Positions 31,644 through 32,000 of a DNA stretch of 32,000 nt are shown here, piece after piece. The position numbers were made by a program, and so were the translations under genes. Origin of the DNA: an uncultured Chloroflexia bacterium. GTDB lineage: Bacteria; Chloroflexota; Ktedonobacteria; Ktedonobacterales; JADMIN01. The notes under the pieces are model-generated. The model searched no databases. It had not been told where the DNA came from and saw only the letters and a list, made by a program, of their open reading frames with translations. The stretch's first letter is position 1. Every line of letters starts with the position of its first letter. The stretch covers positions 30,001 to 62,000 of the forward strand of contig CAVRAI010000009.1 in the NCBI GenBank assembly GCA_963718915.1. Direction: 5' to 3'.

Positions 31644-32000
31644 CTAGGACATGGGCATGATGGGCAGCGCGATCTTGCCGCCGGAGACGGCGCGCAGGAC
31701 GCCAGCCAGGGCGACATACCACGCGGCGATTGCCGTGAGAACACCAAGCCAGCCGCCCACCGCGGTAATGCCAACACCAAAACCACTACCGTTGAAAAAG
31801 CCGACGGCGAGCAGAATGTAGGTGATGAACAGCAGTACAAAAACGACGACCAGCCCACCATTGAGACGGAAGGTGCCGAGCGTCAACATGCCGGTGATGA
31901 TGGCCCAACCAATGAGGTACCAGCCAACCGCGTTGCCTGTTGGGCCAGTAGCGGCGCCGAAGGTAATACCGAAGCCAGGGATGAGGAGCGCCGCGAACGA
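31644..32000 (-). CDS. satP: partial CDS (C-terminal part, continues past right edge): GPR1/FUN34/YaaH-family acetate/succinate channel
   Basis: The frame stays open to the window edge (SFAALLIPGFGITFGAATGPTGNAVGWYLIGWAIITGMLTLGTFRLNG...). The C-terminus VGGWLGVLTAIAAWYVALAGVL....LPI resembles E. coli SatP IAGYLGLICGASAFYLAMGEVLN...LPI. Confidence 0.8.
   Translation of the reverse strand, partial: SFAALLIPGFGITFGAATGPTGNAVGWYLIGWAIITGMLTLGTFRLNGGLVVVFVLLFITYILLAVGFFNGSGFGVGITAVGGWLGVLTAIAAWYVALAGVLRAVSGGKIALPIMPMS

Noticed and set aside
31388-31861. 157-aa ORF 31388..31861 (-) overlapping the SatP-like gene.
   Set aside because: It is an out-of-frame overlap with the 31644..32000 frame, which has clear GPR1/FUN34/YaaH C-terminal similarity. 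Its translation is Ser/Pro/Arg/Cys-rich.

Overview
High-G+C bacterial chromosomal segment with strong AGGAGG-type ribosome binding sites. The gene content looks Chloroflexota- or Actinomycetota-like, but that is only a guess. All calls come from by-eye motif recognition; no database search or computation was possible.

Most of the window is housekeeping or metabolic:
- trxB, a HIT hydrolase and a class-B flavin monooxygenase
- tRNA-Gly(GCC) and tRNA-Cys(GCA)
- an MFS transporter and two alpha/beta hydrolases
- a DUF1992 protein followed by nicotinate phosphoribosyltransferase
- a lipoprotein and an RmlD-like reductase
- a 674-aa membrane protein with a proline-rich tail
- a fused 2-oxoacid dehydrogenase E1 alpha/beta, ybaK and murF
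- an XRE-HTH::class III nucleotide cyclase fusion
- a GMC oxidoreductase and a partial SatP/YaaH channel

Accessory content:
- A decayed IS701-family element sits beside the tRNAs, inside a visibly lower-G+C islet that also holds a small membrane ORF and an RHH protein.
- An intact tnpB-only IS200/IS605 element splits an SRPBCC-DoxX gene that was translationally coupled to a DUF4166 gene.
- A nested-palindrome intergenic repeat family is present in at least 4 copies.
- About ten short tandem micro-duplications are scattered through the window.

The most notable region is 26.5-29.3 kb. It holds three indel-broken genes (META, an ECF sigma factor with an NTF2-like tail, and a MerB-like gene) and a nonapeptide-repeat small protein. 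The MerB-like gene has an in-frame TGA exactly at the MerB catalytic Cys159 column, followed by an fdhF-like hairpin with a GGUC loop. This is a candidate selenocysteine site, with the caveat that the gene also carries two frame breaks.
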